From NCBI GenBank assembly GCA_964016885.1, contig OZ024746.1, positions 33,914,001-33,978,000 on the forward strand: DNA of 64,000 bases. The letters are read 5' to 3'. Shown here in pieces: positions 1-13,228 of this stretch. A program made the position numbers and the translations under genes. Every line of letters starts with the position of its first letter. Within the stretch, counting starts at the first letter, position 1. The notes under the pieces were generated by a model, which saw nothing but the letters and a program-made list of their open reading frames with translations, had not been told where the DNA came from and made no database searches. The DNA is from Eledone cirrhosa. Its lineage: Eukaryota.

Positions 1-339
1 AGTTGTTGAAATATTAGTAGAGGAAGTGGGTTTATGTATACTGTATCTTCATTTTGCTTCAGTTTTGTATAGATTTTGCCTATAATGAATTTACGATTCT
101 TAGACGTTTCTGGTGGTGATATTTAATTATATTCCTTATATATGTTTGCCAGAATATTTCCATCTTATCATCTGTCATTTCATGAGATTGCTAACCAATA
201 TAGCTAACCAATATTGCAAAATTTAAAGAAAATAAAGAAAGGAAACATGGTTTATTACATAACATAATAAATCTTATATTAATTTAATATTAGTAGAGTT
301 TTACATACACAAACTTTACGTAATATTATCCGTCTTATA

Positions 340-1097
340 ATAATTTAATATCGTCGTCTAACACAAAAACAATTGTGCGAGTATTGATAACATTAATAAG
401 AGTACTGAGGGGAAAATGGTCAACCAAATAATATCGGCGTCAAACACAGCCAAAATAGTGCGAGCATTGATAACATTAATAAGAGTACTGACGGGAAAAT
501 GGTCAACCACATAATAACGGCGTCAAACACAACCAAAATAGTGCGAGTATTGATAAAATTAGTAAGAGTACTGAGGGGAAAATGGTCAACCAAATAATAT
601 CGGCGTCAAACACAGCCAAAATAGTGCCAGTATTGATAAAATTATTAAGAGTACTGACGGCAAAATGGCCAACCAAGTAATATCGGATATCGGCGTCAAA
701 CACAACCAAAATAGTGCGAGTATTGATAAAATTAGTAATAGTACTGAGGGGAAATTGGTCAACCAAATAATATCGGCGTGAAACACAGCCAAAATAGTGC
801 CAGTATTGATAACATTTTTAAGAGTACTGAGGGGAAAATGGTCAACCAAATAATATCGGCGTCAAACATAGCCAAAATAGTGCGAGCATTGATAAAATTA
901 GTAGGATTTGTGGTGAAAATCGTCAACCAAATAATATCGGCGTCAAACACAGCCAAAATAGTGCGAGTATTGATAAAATTAGTAAGATTACTGACGGGAA
1001 AATGGTCAACCAAATAATATCGTCGTCAAACAGCCAAAATAGTGCCAGTATTGTTAAAATTAATAAGATCACTGATGGGAAAATGGTCCACCAAATG
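340..1097. repeat. 83-bp tandem minisatellite, ~9 copies
   Basis: Unit CAACCAAATAATATCGGCGTCAAACACAGCCAAAATAGTGCGAGTATTGATAAAATTAGTAAGAGTACTGAGGGGAAAATGGT recurs at ~421, 504, 587, 670, 760, 843, 924 and 1007. The overlapping ORFs are translations of this repeat. Confidence 0.95.
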
Positions 1098-1337
1098 CAA
1101 TTTCCCCGTTGGAATCCTGAAATTTCTCTAAGGAAAATAATTACAGATTTATTCTAAACTGTATTAAACAACAACAACAGATGCAGTAGTAGCAACATCT
1201 ACAAAAACAATATCAACCGAACAGGAGCTCAGCCACAGCAACAGCATCAACAGTGAAGTATTTAGTTTTTATTAAGTAAAGAAAATACTAAGATTTAGGA
1301 TATCAATTGTAGAACATCATATCTACCTACATTATTC

Positions 1338-1503
1338 TTGGCAGTATCGGTAGAGCATCAGGCGCCATGCATTGCAACACAGATTTATGGCACTTTAAGT
1401 TCTAAGTTCAAATTCCGCCGAGGTTAACTTAGCCTTTCATCCTTAAAACACCAGTAATGTACTGGGTAATTGCTGGCCTTGACCCAAACGTAGAAACAAT
1501 TAT
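1338..1503 (+). mobile_element. tRNA-derived SINE (Meta-core-like), degraded copy
   Basis: A-box-like TGGCAGTATCGG, B-box-like GTTCAAATTCC, partial GCCTTTCATCC core, and the tail GCTGGCCTTG...TAGAAACAATT shared with other copies. Confidence 0.8.
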
Positions 1504-2413
1504 TCATATATGTATGACTGTTAATTAATGGATAGAATTCAATTTCTTATAAAATTAAAACCCATTTCTGCGATTAAAACTTTAAAATTAATTCTCATAT
1601 ATAACGCAAACTACCGGTAGATTCTATAGGTATGATGAGGATGAATTAAGATGTTTACTCAAAATTAGGTATTGTGAAAACGCATGATTGAGTGAACCAA
1701 ATAAGATGGTTGAGTAAATCTCTGCTAGTGGGTAGTGAAAATATAGTTAGTGGTCAACGGCTGATGATGATGATGATGAAGGGGTGGAACTAGGAATGGA
1801 TATAAAAATTCGGTAAGTAATCGTCACCTCATCTAGAATCATTTCTCTTTGTGTATTATCCAAAATCTACTTAATGGAGAAGAATATTTTCAATCAAATA
1901 TACTGTTTGGAGCCATTACTACTTTATTTGTGTTTGATTGTAAATATGGTTCATAACTACTGTGCCTGTACCAGGTAATGTTAAGTGCCCATTTTATTTT
2001 TATTAGTTATATATATATATGAAATATTACGTGGGGAGTATTAAAATATCCTAATGTAAATTTTAATCTAGATATTTAGGATAATGTATGTCAGAGTGAA
2101 AGTTTATAGAATTCTTTCTGCTTGTCGTTTAGACGGTATTATAAATACTCTTTCATAAAATAATGTATATGGAAATTACGTGCGTTTTGTAAAGTGTATT
2201 CATCTTCCGTGACTAGAAGATAGGACCCAAAAAGTGCGACAGGGTGCCCCACATCCGCAATCTAAGGGCACATTTATCTTGCTAGGCCCGAGCCTGGCGA
2301 TAGGGTCTACTGCTGGCAGAGTCAATTGGGTAAATGCCCCGTTCACCCCTTTGCCCTACTATAAATCCGATATTAAGAACATACGCATATTCCTTTTAAT
2401 ACAGACGGACACA

Positions 2414-2490
<77 letters not shown>

Positions 2491-2533
2491 GACGTAAAAT
2501 AAGAAAATTATAAAAATTAACTTACTAAGTTTC

Positions 2534-2612
2534 ACTCCAACTAATTAGTTTCTGAAAGGGAATAAACATGGTTTTCGATGGAACATAGAGAATACCTTTC
2601 GTCATCAGGAGT
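2534..2612 (-). ncRNA. degenerate type I hammerhead ribozyme motif
   Basis: Minus strand: ACTC-CTGATGA-cGAAAGG...CCTTTCa-GAAA-CTAATTAG-TT-GGAGT. Stem II is extended, stem III is palindromic and the stem I register is imperfect. It lies in a ~240-bp segment between (TA)n tracts. Confidence 0.45.
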
Positions 2613-2735
2613 CAATTCTCAGCTAAGTTCCTAGGCGATGCGTAAACACAGGAACTTATAGAAAAATAATTCAGTGGATGGTCAAAAGCAAGCGAGGACT
2701 AAATTCCAGGACATTGAAAAAATCATATATATATG

Positions 2736-3701
2736 CACCTGGAGTGCCTTCAGGCGCTCAAAACCCTTTACTAAGCGGAAACGGCAATCAGCTGAGACTC
2801 CACTTCCACATTCTATAATGGATTAGTGGAGGATATTTGCGACGACGTTCTCGGGGAAACTCTAGTCGTCGAGGAGGACAAACTGACAAGTCTGATCGGG
2901 AGGACTTTCCGCCCAGGGCCTATGGATAACTTCCAGAGGTCTCTGGCCTGGCAGTGCTACCAAGGAGCTCTACCAGTTCGAGACAAAATCTACAGACACG
3001 GACGCCCTCGCAGATATCCTGCCAAAAGAACCTGTCCAAGATGCGAGCAGGTCATCGAAACCGTTCTGCACGCTATTCTTCAGTGCCCAGTGGTGACCGG
3101 CCTGTGGAATTATGTCGAACAGCTACTGTCACGTGTGGGACGCATCCAGTTGTCAGCCGAGTCCATCGTGAGGATCATCCCGCAGCATTTATTTAAGAAT
3201 GAAGGAGAGGCGGTTTTCCTCTGCCTGGTGGCGATGGCGAAAGAGGTAATATGGTGGACAAGGTTATAAGGACTGAGGGCAAACACCTTTCTCTCCGGAC
3301 AAATCATCCTCTTCTATAAGTCCAACTTCAGAAGGAAGGTGAGAGTGGAGAGAGAGGTGCTACACCCCAGTAAATTTGCTGAAAGGTGGGTGAATGTGAC
3401 GCAAATGGCCCGAGTGAATGGGCCTTCTCTGCATATAAACATGTAGGTTGAGGAAGATAAACAGAGGGAAAACGAGAACAGCTACAAAACGTGTTCCAGG
3501 TGTTGAGGGTTGTTCTATCCACGGGGTGTAAAACAACCCTGCAGTAACGTTCCCCGCTATTGGGGATTTCAATTGTTATTTTATCATAAATATAGTTTTT
3601 TGTCATTTATTAATGGTAAAGTTATATGATTTTTATGTAAAATCGCCGCCGTCACGTCTTGTGATGCCCCATTTTTGTCGCCCCTGTGGCAAATAAAGAA
3701 C
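2736..3701 (+). mobile_element. 5'-truncated Tx1/L1-clade LINE: ORF2 C-terminus with zf-RVT domain plus 3' UTR
   Basis: ORF 2826-3269 contains AWQCYQGALPVRDK...CPRCEQVIETVLHAILQC..LW, a zf-RVT-type motif. The frame continues past a premature TAA (3267-3269) to ...ERWVNVTQMARVNGPSLHINM*. The element ends in CCCTGTGGCAAATAAAGAA, like the copies at 11.3-13.1 kb. Confidence 0.9.
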
Positions 3702-4044
3702 TATATCTTTATTCACACACAAACACACATATATATATGTATATATATATATATTAGAATTGGTGCTCTGAAATAGCTATATACATTTGAATGTATATAT
3801 AGTGTATTTTGCAATACACTGTATGCTTAATTAAAAGCATTTCGAAGAGCTTATGCTATTGTTTTAGAGTAGTGACAGACTCACTTACTTTAATTTCAGC
3901 AAACAGGGGGAGATAAAGCTGACAAGGCCTTGTTTCGCATTTATTGATGCTTATCAAATTCAACTACTCCTCCTGTTTACTGAAATCATGGATGTTTGGT
4001 TCTTATAGAACTCTAGTAAATAATCAGGAACTGATTATACAGAG

Positions 4045-4415
4045 CGGTTTTTGTGTGTGTTGTGTGCTTAGTTTGCTCATGTGTTACATCCGGGTGTATG
4101 TGTGTGTTTATATTTGTTTATTTATGTGTTTATTTACATGTTACTGGTTGGTTGTTTGTTCTATGTGTGTGTGTGTGTTTTCATTTTGTCCTTAATTGTA
4201 AGTTGTGATGTTGCTATTCCATTCATGCTTTCTATTTAATTTTGATTGGAGTTCATTTATGTTTATTGCCTCTGTGATTTGTCTAAACATTGCGTCTTTT
4301 CTGTGTGTAGATTCTATTTTTATTTCTATGTTCTTTAATTTAACCTTATGTTCTATTTCAGCATGTTCGTGGAGTACTGATGAATCTTTTCTATCTTGAA
4401 GCTCTCGCCAGTGTT
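4045..4415 (-). mobile_element. Penelope-like element remnant, GIY-YIG C-terminal half and 3' flank
   Basis: Minus-strand translation ELQDRKDSSVLHEHAEIEH...RQITEAININELQSKLNRKHEWNSNIT aligns with the C-terminus of the PLE at 49.7-50.0 kb (ELNGRKNGSVLYEYARQQH...RQIREASEIELRRPRLNRKNEWNNNIT). Confidence 0.8.
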
Positions 4416-4419
4416 CATT

Positions 4420-4700
4420 TAACTAATCACAGAACACACACAAAAAGAAGATGGCGTACGACAGAACAAAGGAGAGGCACAAAAACATAGAAAAGAATAC
4501 CCAGTCACGGAAGAGGTCACAAAATGTGTGACGAAAGAACTTTGACAATATATGAACAATCGTCTGGTTGTGGAACCAACCAACCAACCGGAAATTTATA
4601 AATTCCTAAATTTATAAATTTAATTTATAATAAATTGAAGTGAAAGTAACTGGTGCGTGTGTTTCTTATTGGCAACATGACCCTCCCAAAGTATAACAAT
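4420..4700 (+). mobile_element. inverted pseudo-LTR of a Penelope-like element with a mutated hammerhead (4504-4546)
   Basis: Reverse-complement homolog of 14960-15220. Contains GTCA-CGGAAGA-gGTCACA..TGTGAC-GAAA-GAAC-TT-TGAC and ends in (TA)n. Confidence 0.75.
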
Positions 4701-5029
4701 ATATATATATATATATATATGTATTTATATTGTGGGGGGAGGGTGAAAGGGCGTATGTCCCTGTGCACTTGACTGTGTCAATGTATCTTTACCGACCTAA
4801 TTACGTACTATTTCGCTCCCACTAAATATTAATATATTTTATATATAATTAACTTATGTTGATATAATTCATTATATATTAATTTCTTTGTCATTAATAT
4901 ATATTTCAAAGTCATTATGCACACAAGCACACTAACAAACCAACATTCACAAAATATACTGCGCAGATAAAGGCAGATTGTTAAAACAAACACTCTTTAA
5001 ATTTTAAATATGTAAATAATCATACATAC

Positions 5030-6510
<1,481 letters not shown>

Positions 6511-7525
6511 ATATGGGCCTTCTAATTTAATTTTACATTATATACATGTCTGTGTTTATATTAATCATTTAAAAATTATTTTTACGTAAGCGTGATCCAA
6601 CGTGTCTCGCGTGGTTTAGTATTTTATAAATTTCTGTTTTGTTTGTAGAGGTTCATGCTAATCGACAATTAATCAAATATTATGACCCTAGTCAGCTAGT
6701 TCTAATACATACATATTGTGTTAAAAATTGCAGGTTGTGTTAGCTTGAGTAGACTGCTATGATATTCAGTGGATAGGGAATAGATACAAATTCCCCACTC
6801 TCTAAAGATCCGGGAATGTTCAACCTAGATTATATTGCAGTATTATGTAGATTAAATATATTGCATTATCCACTCGGGTTAAACGAATTTGGATGGAAAT
6901 ACTTGGCCAATATATCATGCAGATCCAGAAAATGATAGAAATCACAACCGTTCTATATTCGAAGAATAAATATCCGTCGAATCTATATGAACAATGTATA
7001 TCATCAAGCATGTGTCTACGGAAAGATAATAATATTGAAATAACATAGGATCAGCAATTGCCGTATACAATCACAACCATATGAAATGAATTCGTGAAAT
7101 CCATACGAGAAAGTGCGACGCAGGAAGCCTGATTAAGATATAAGGTATTGAAGTTTAACATCAATCTTAATAGTATATCGTTTCCACTTAACACAAGTAA
7201 ATTTATTTAATGTTGAAAATTATTTCCAGATAACGATAGAAAATCACAGTGACCTACAGTATTTCTCACAGATCATAAAAAGTTAAAGATGTTTTACAAA
7301 ATAATAAATTCTCGTAGCTTTCGATTGATTCTCAAATTCAATCATTGCATTTAACAATATATATTTATATATTTGGAAATAGTATCGAGATCAGAGACTC
7401 TCACATTTTCTTTATTTAATATAGAATATATTGTTCCAAGTAGTACCACAATGCAATGATACCAAAGTTTTCATTGGAAATGTAATTCAGACAGTTACAA
7501 GAAAACTATATATATATATATATAC

Positions 7526-7591
<66 letters not shown>

Positions 7592-7829
7592 AAACTTAAA
7601 CAAGCCAATTAAATCATTTCTGTAAAATCTTCATTAGATAATGTAATGCATTGGCAGTATACATTGCTTTGATTTCAAGTAGGTGAAAACAGCGCTTATT
7701 GCAATGCAAAATGATATTTCCTCTGTCAACCGAGTAAACAGTCGCCTCTCGACATGGTTCAACAAAATGACCTCAATTCGCTACGTTTGCACGAAACTAC
7801 TGCAGGAATTGAAGAAATTATTTCACGAA

Positions 7830-8670
7830 TTACCATGTAGAAGATCCAATCCATCTAGACGCTTTTGTAGCTAGGTGTCGCTGCTGGTCTCTATACTCCG
7901 ACATCCATAGATGGATCTCGGTGTTGTGACCGTTCCAGATTTTGACGTTGCCCAACAGTGATTTCCTATTTCTGCTTCTACTTCTCCGTCCCTCAACTAT
8001 CCTCTGACGAATAGTTTTGGACATGGAGTTGTGGTGCAATATATGACCATAGCAGGCAAGCTTCTGTCTTTTCACTATCGAAAGGAGTGGTTCCTATCTT
8101 CCAGTATATTCGTCTACTTACTGCTTGACAGAGTTGTTTGTATTTTACTATGAGTATGGGATTTGTAGCATCCTTCTGAAGCGCTTTTACTCAAATGACT
8201 GGATTATTCCTTCCGTGTCAGCAGTGAAAGTTCAATTTTAACACATATACACGATCGATGTTACCATGCACCTATACAGTGTAATCTTCGTTGGGAAACT
8301 AAATGAGTTGCTTTTTCACATGTCGTTCAGCTATCCTATGGCAGATGTGTCTAGTGCGAGTCTTGTCAGAATCATATTTTTGAGATCTGCTATATTTAGC
8401 AAGAGTGGATTCTAAGAATTTGAAGGTGTCCACTTTTCCAACTATTTCTCCGTCTCACCACGATGTTAGTTGCTGTAATATTTGTTGAACAGAATCTTGC
8501 TCTATTATGAGCTGATCTTCAGTCCAGCTACTTTTTCATTCATTCCAGATACTTTTTCCTCTCTGGTAATGAACTCTTGGAGTTTGGCTCAACTACTTCC
8601 TAACAGGTCAATGCTATCAATAAATCGCAGGCTGGAAATGAACCATCCTCCAATGAGGAACTGTGGTGTG
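7830..8670 (-). mobile_element. RTE-clade LINE 3' fragment (degenerate RT C-terminus)
   Basis: Minus strand: LRFIDSIDLL (a degenerate LRFADD RT motif) near 8610-8630, and KRQKLACYGHILHHNSMSKTIRQRIVEGRRSRSRNRKSLLGNVKIWNG, the typical RTE ORF2 C-terminus. Confidence 0.8.
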
Positions 8671-9454
8671 GAAGATTTGGATATAACAAAAAAAAACGTG
8701 CGGGGATTTTGACATTCCTACTGACAGCGTATCAGGTAACTTTATTTTGTTCATGAAGTAGTAATTTAATTTGTTCCTCGAAACAGCTTGCTTTAATGGA
8801 AGGATATTTGGCTCTGCGGGTGCTTTTTTTTCTACGATATTATTGTAAATATCTATATCTTCGCGAAATGGTAACCCTGTTTCTAGGAAGACAATCCTTT
8901 GTATATATATATATTATAAAGATTTCATTGAAATGAAAATAAAATGGCGTATACCTGCTGATAAAACGTTTATCAAATTATCATCTTACTCAACAGATAA
9001 CATTTCTAGACGGCATTATTTGATGCGATAGACAGTAATATAGAAATTGTGTATTGGAACAATGCAAACATTTCGTGTGATAATATGAATCTAATTATAT
9101 TTGTTATTCCCCCTCTTGATGCTTATTTTTTGTTCTCTTTACTGTGCGAGTATATGGAAAAAGGAATTGCAAAATAAAGATTGCAATGGTTATGCTTATT
9201 ATTTTTTGTATTATTCATGTAGAGAACCACCAAAAGAAAGAAGGGAAAATAATATTTATTTAAATATCTATTTGTGGGTGTCTTCCTCTCGCGACGGCTT
9301 CATATATGGTTCAAGTATTTGAACATTTCACTACGTGTTAATCTGTCGATTTTCAAAAAGCATTCTGTTTATATAGCCGGAAATTTTAACCGCGGGACAA
9401 AGTATAATATAACTCACTGCCTACTAATCTCTCTCTATATATATATATAACTGA

Positions 9455-10120
9455 GAAAGCGGGCAGTACCAGTATTGGGCGCACGTTTATCATGAACAAG
9501 ATGCGTTGTGCTTGTAATGGGGTCAAGCTGGAACATGGACGATTGCTTACTTATTTTATCGAGCTGATCAGAGGAAAAAGCCCACAGCATAAAACAAAGG
9601 AGCGAATTATGGATGTCATAAAAGATAATCTTAAAGCTCTGACGATTTATCTGGAGAACTGGGAGAGACGAGCTAAAGACCGTATATCATGGAGAAAGGT
9701 CATCAAGTATGGATGTGAAGTTTGCGAGAACAAGTGAGTGAAGCATGCTGTTCTGAAGCATTCTCGACGTAAGCGACACACTTGCAGTGCTTGCAAAAAT
9801 CCAGCAGAAAATGAGGTGCAATGCGTGCGGTCAATTTCTTGATTCATCAACCATCTGAAATCAGACGAATCAGTGAGTAATCCAACCACCTGAGATATCC
9901 ACACACACCATGATACATTTGCAGTGAGTTTGGCTTAATTAGTATGCCAGCTGGTAGTCTGACATGGGAGAATGGATGACGACACAGCCAGACGGCATTG
10001 TCAGGAGACAGAAAATTCAAGTGTTATTTCTGTAAACATGTCTGCAAAACAAAAGAGTGTATTAAGAGACATCTACGTGCACATAATCACGCTATGTTCA
10101 ATGAAAGGATGACACTCTTC
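9455..10120 (+). mobile_element. RTE-clade LINE 3' fragment with terminal C2H2-like zinc finger
   Basis: ELIRGKSPQHKTKERIMDVIKDNLKAL.I...WERRAKDRISWR...GCEVCE matches an RTE/BovB-like C-terminus. CYFCKHVCKTKECIKRHLRAH lies at ~10022-10085. Confidence 0.7.
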
Positions 10121-10668
10121 TGATAAGATGTAGTAATCACTGTATACATCCATGTATGTATCCATGTATGTATGTATTCTGTATATTCGTACGTATGTAT
10201 ATATTTTATTCACCTTCAAAAAAGAAGACGTTTATCTTTCAATATATTAGATAATAGCTGGCCTTGTGCCAAAAGTAGAAACAATTATATTAAAGAAAGA
10301 AATGCAAACGAAATTGACACTAAGTATTACAAATAAATATTTCTGTAACAAAAGAAACATACTGTACCTTTTTCCTCTTGAGCGTTATCAGTTTGAAAAA
10401 TAATTACTTACGAATTTTTAGATTTCCAAAAATATTGCCTATTTCTCGAACTATGCTACTAAGAAACCATTTACATTAAAATTCAACAAGGTCAAAAGAA
10501 CGTTTACCCAAGGGACAATACAAACGTAAAACAGCATATACGCGCCCAGTAAACACTAATAAACTAAACGTATAGATAACGTATTCTGAAATAACATGGC
10601 ATGTTTCTAAATTGCGTATATAACACAGACGACGGAGTGATATAATATAATATGATATAATATAATAT

Positions 10669-11268
10669 AATTGTTTCTACATTTTGGCACAAGGCCAGCA
10701 GTTATCTAGTACATTACTGGTACTTTATTTCATCCACCCCGTAAGGATGAAAGGCAAAATTACTCTCGGCGGGATTTGAACTGAGACCATAACGGGCCGT
10801 AACTCTTTGCAGCAAAGCATGGCGTCCGACCCTCTACCGATACTGCCAATCCACCGCCCATTATGATAAAATAATTAATAATTGTTTCTAATTAAGGCAC
10901 AATGCCAGAAATTAGAAGTGCAGTGGGAAGTTGATTAACTCGACCCCAGTATTCACTGGTGGTTTATTTTATTGACCCAATAAGGATCAAATATTAAGCT
11001 AGCCTAGACAGGATTTGAACTCAGCAATTAAAGGGTAGTAACTATGCTGGAAGCAGGGTCTCTGACGCTCTATCGATGCTGCCAATAATAATTGTTTCTA
11101 CTTTAGGCAGAAGGCCAGCAATAACCCAGTGCATTATTGGTACTTTATTTTATCGACCCCGTAAGGATGAAAGGCAAAGTCAACCTCGGCGGGATTTGAA
11201 CTCAGATCGTAAAGGGACGTAACTATGCTGGAAAGCATGGCGTCCGACCCTCTACCGATGCTGCCAAT
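10669..11268 (-). mobile_element. three tandem copies of the tRNA-derived SINE (10669-10860, 10880-11087, 11090-11268)
   Basis: Each copy shows the reverse-complemented tail (ATTGTTTCTA), core (TTTATCGACCCCGTAAGGATGAAAGGCAAAG), B box (GGATTTGAACTC) and A box (CCGATACTGCCA), with some divergence. Copies are separated by AAT-rich spacers. Confidence 0.9.
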
Positions 11269-11294
11269 AATAATAATAATAATAATAATAATAT

Positions 11295-12582
11295 AGCTTT
11301 CTTTATTAACCGCAAGGGTTTACATAAAGTAGACATTAAGGACAGTACAGGACAATACAGGACGGTACAAATGGGCATTTCTGCGTGTGAAAAAAACAGA
11401 GGATGTAATAAAAAATAACAGTGAAAAATTCCCCAAAAGGGGGGAGACTTCCGAGGGATATTTGTGGAGAAAGCCCATTAAAAGGCCACAGTGACCCTGA
11501 CCACCAGGGCAAGTGGCCTCTCCCAGTTTTCCAACTTTATTTCACAGACACATACTCAGAGTAGGCCCATTCACTCGGGCCATACTTGCTTCTCTCACCC
11601 ATCTTTCAACAAAATGTTGGGAAGAGAGCACTTCCCTCTCTACCCTGATTTTCCCTTTCAAATCAAATTTGAAAAAGTTAATCAGAGCATCACCGAAGAG
11701 GTAAGTGCTCGTCTTCAGCCCTTTCAAACGTGTCCACCATACTATCTCTTACGCCATGTCCCAAAGCTTTTTGGATTTGTTTGGGACTCGGATGTCCGTT
11801 CCACTCGGCGCGATTTTATATTAATTGTTCGATAAGACACGGTGCATAGGCGCCTATGCTCTATTTTATTAGGTGTGGGGGCTGACCCTGTACCCATATT
11901 TCTTTACCATTTTTTTGGCTTCTTCTAATTCCTCCTGAGTTACCTGAAATGCTTCGCACTGTTACTCTGGCAAAACTCAGGGTGGTTTTCTTAATGTCAT
12001 TCTTGCTGTTGTTGTTATCGTTATTTTTGTTATTATTAATTTTAGTTCCAGTTGTGGTGGTGGTGGCGTCAGTGGTCTTCGGTGTGGAAGAGTTTATTTT
12101 GGTTGAATTCATTTCGTTATAACGAGTTAATTTATTTTTTCTTTTGTTTCTGTTGTCGCTGTGGTGGTGGTGAGGGTGGCGGCTTTAACACCTGCAGTCA
12201 TTGTTAATGGCGGGAAATGAATGTCTGCCTGAGACAAATTTAAAATATTGCTACTGCTTATATTTTTAGTGTTGGCAAACGTAGTAATATTTACAATGGT
12301 GGTGTCGGTGTGAGGTATTAGTTTCTGTGGAAAGCTGTAAGCTTCGTGTGGCTGTGAGTCATCCATGTTTTTTTCAAAGAAAGTTTTTTTTTTTGATAAT
12401 TATAAAATTTTAAATTTTGGGCTCAAGGCCCCAATCTTTTTGAGTGTCCTTTTCGGAAAACAATGTATGTGCACTTATATACAGTTAACAATAAAAAATT
12501 TCCATAAATGGCAATTTTAAACAAACGAAAACAACAAACCGTTGTTGAGCTTATGATGATATGATTTACTACGTAGGTCACC
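11295..12582 (-). mobile_element. internally deleted Tx1-clade LINE (putative 5' UTR and ORF1 start fused to ORF2 C-terminus and 3' UTR)
   Basis: 11295-11760 encodes MA*EIVWWTRLKGLKTSTYLF...ERWVREASMARVNGPTLSMCL, homologous to 3235-3446. 11760-12366 is Thr/Asn-rich ORF1-like sequence starting at ATG 12366. Both ends are bounded by (AAT)n. Confidence 0.75.
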
Positions 12583-12612
<30 letters not shown>

Positions 12613-12613
<1 letters not shown>

Positions 12614-12997
12614 TTTTCTTTATTAACCACAAGGGTTTACATAAAGTAGACATTAAGGACAGTACAGGACAATACAGGACGGTACAAATGGGCATTTCTG
12701 CGTGTAAAAAAAAAACGAGGTTGAAATAAAATAACAAAGAAAAATTCCTCAATAGGGGGGGAGATTTCCGAGGGAGATTTGTGGAGAAAGCCCATTAAAA
12801 GACCACATTGACCCTGACCACCAGGGCAAGTGCCCTCTCCCAGTTTTCCACCCTTAATTTACAGACACATACTCAGAGAAGGCCCATTCATTCGGGCCAT
12901 ACTTGCTTCTCTTACCCATCTTTCAACAAAATGCTGGGAAGAGAGCACTTCCCTCTCTACCCTGATTTTCCTTTTCAAATGAAATTTGAAAAAGTTA
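12613..12997 (-). mobile_element. 5'-truncated Tx1-clade LINE 3' end, second copy
   Basis: Highly similar to 11295-11683 and flanked by (AAT)n on both sides. Confidence 0.9.
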
Positions 12998-13014
12998 ATA
13001 ATAATAATAATAAT

Positions 13015-13090
13015 GCTTTCTTTATTAACCACAAGGGTTTACACAGAGTAGACATTAAGGACAGTACAGGACAATACAGGACGGTACAAA
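13015..13090 (-). mobile_element. extreme 3' end of the same Tx1-clade LINE, third copy
   Basis: GCTTTCTTTATTAACCACAAGGG...GGACGGTACAAAT flanked by (AAT)n. Confidence 0.85.
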
Positions 13091-13119
13091 TAATAATAAT
13101 AAAAATGATTTCTTGATAA

Positions 13120-13228
13120 TAATTGTTTCTACTTTTGGCACAAGGCCAGCAATTACTCAGTGCATTACTGGTCCTTTATTTTATCGACCCCGTAAGGATG
13201 AAAGGCAAAGTTAACCTCGGCGGGATTT
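13120..13228 (-). mobile_element. tRNA-derived SINE, 3' half
   Basis: The tail and core TTTATCGACCCCGTAAGGATGAAAGGCAAAGTTAACCTCGGCGGGATTT are present; the head is missing. Confidence 0.85.

Noticed and set aside
404-1090. CTGAGGGGAAAATGGTC / CTGACGGGAAAATGGTC in each minisatellite unit as a hammerhead core
   Set aside because: There is no CUGANGA match, no stem II between the boxes, and no stem I complementarity.
340-1097. CRISPR-like regular array, or coding ORFs at 503-1017
   Set aside because: There are no unique spacers, the context is eukaryotic, and the 83-bp period is not a multiple of 3.
4377-4400. CTGATGA motif on the + strand
   Set aside because: It is the antisense of PLE coding sequence (DSSV) and has no GAAA box or stems.
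10022-10085. Host C2H2 zinc-finger gene exon
   Set aside because: It is a single finger at the end of a stop-ridden RTE remnant, with no TGEKP linkers.
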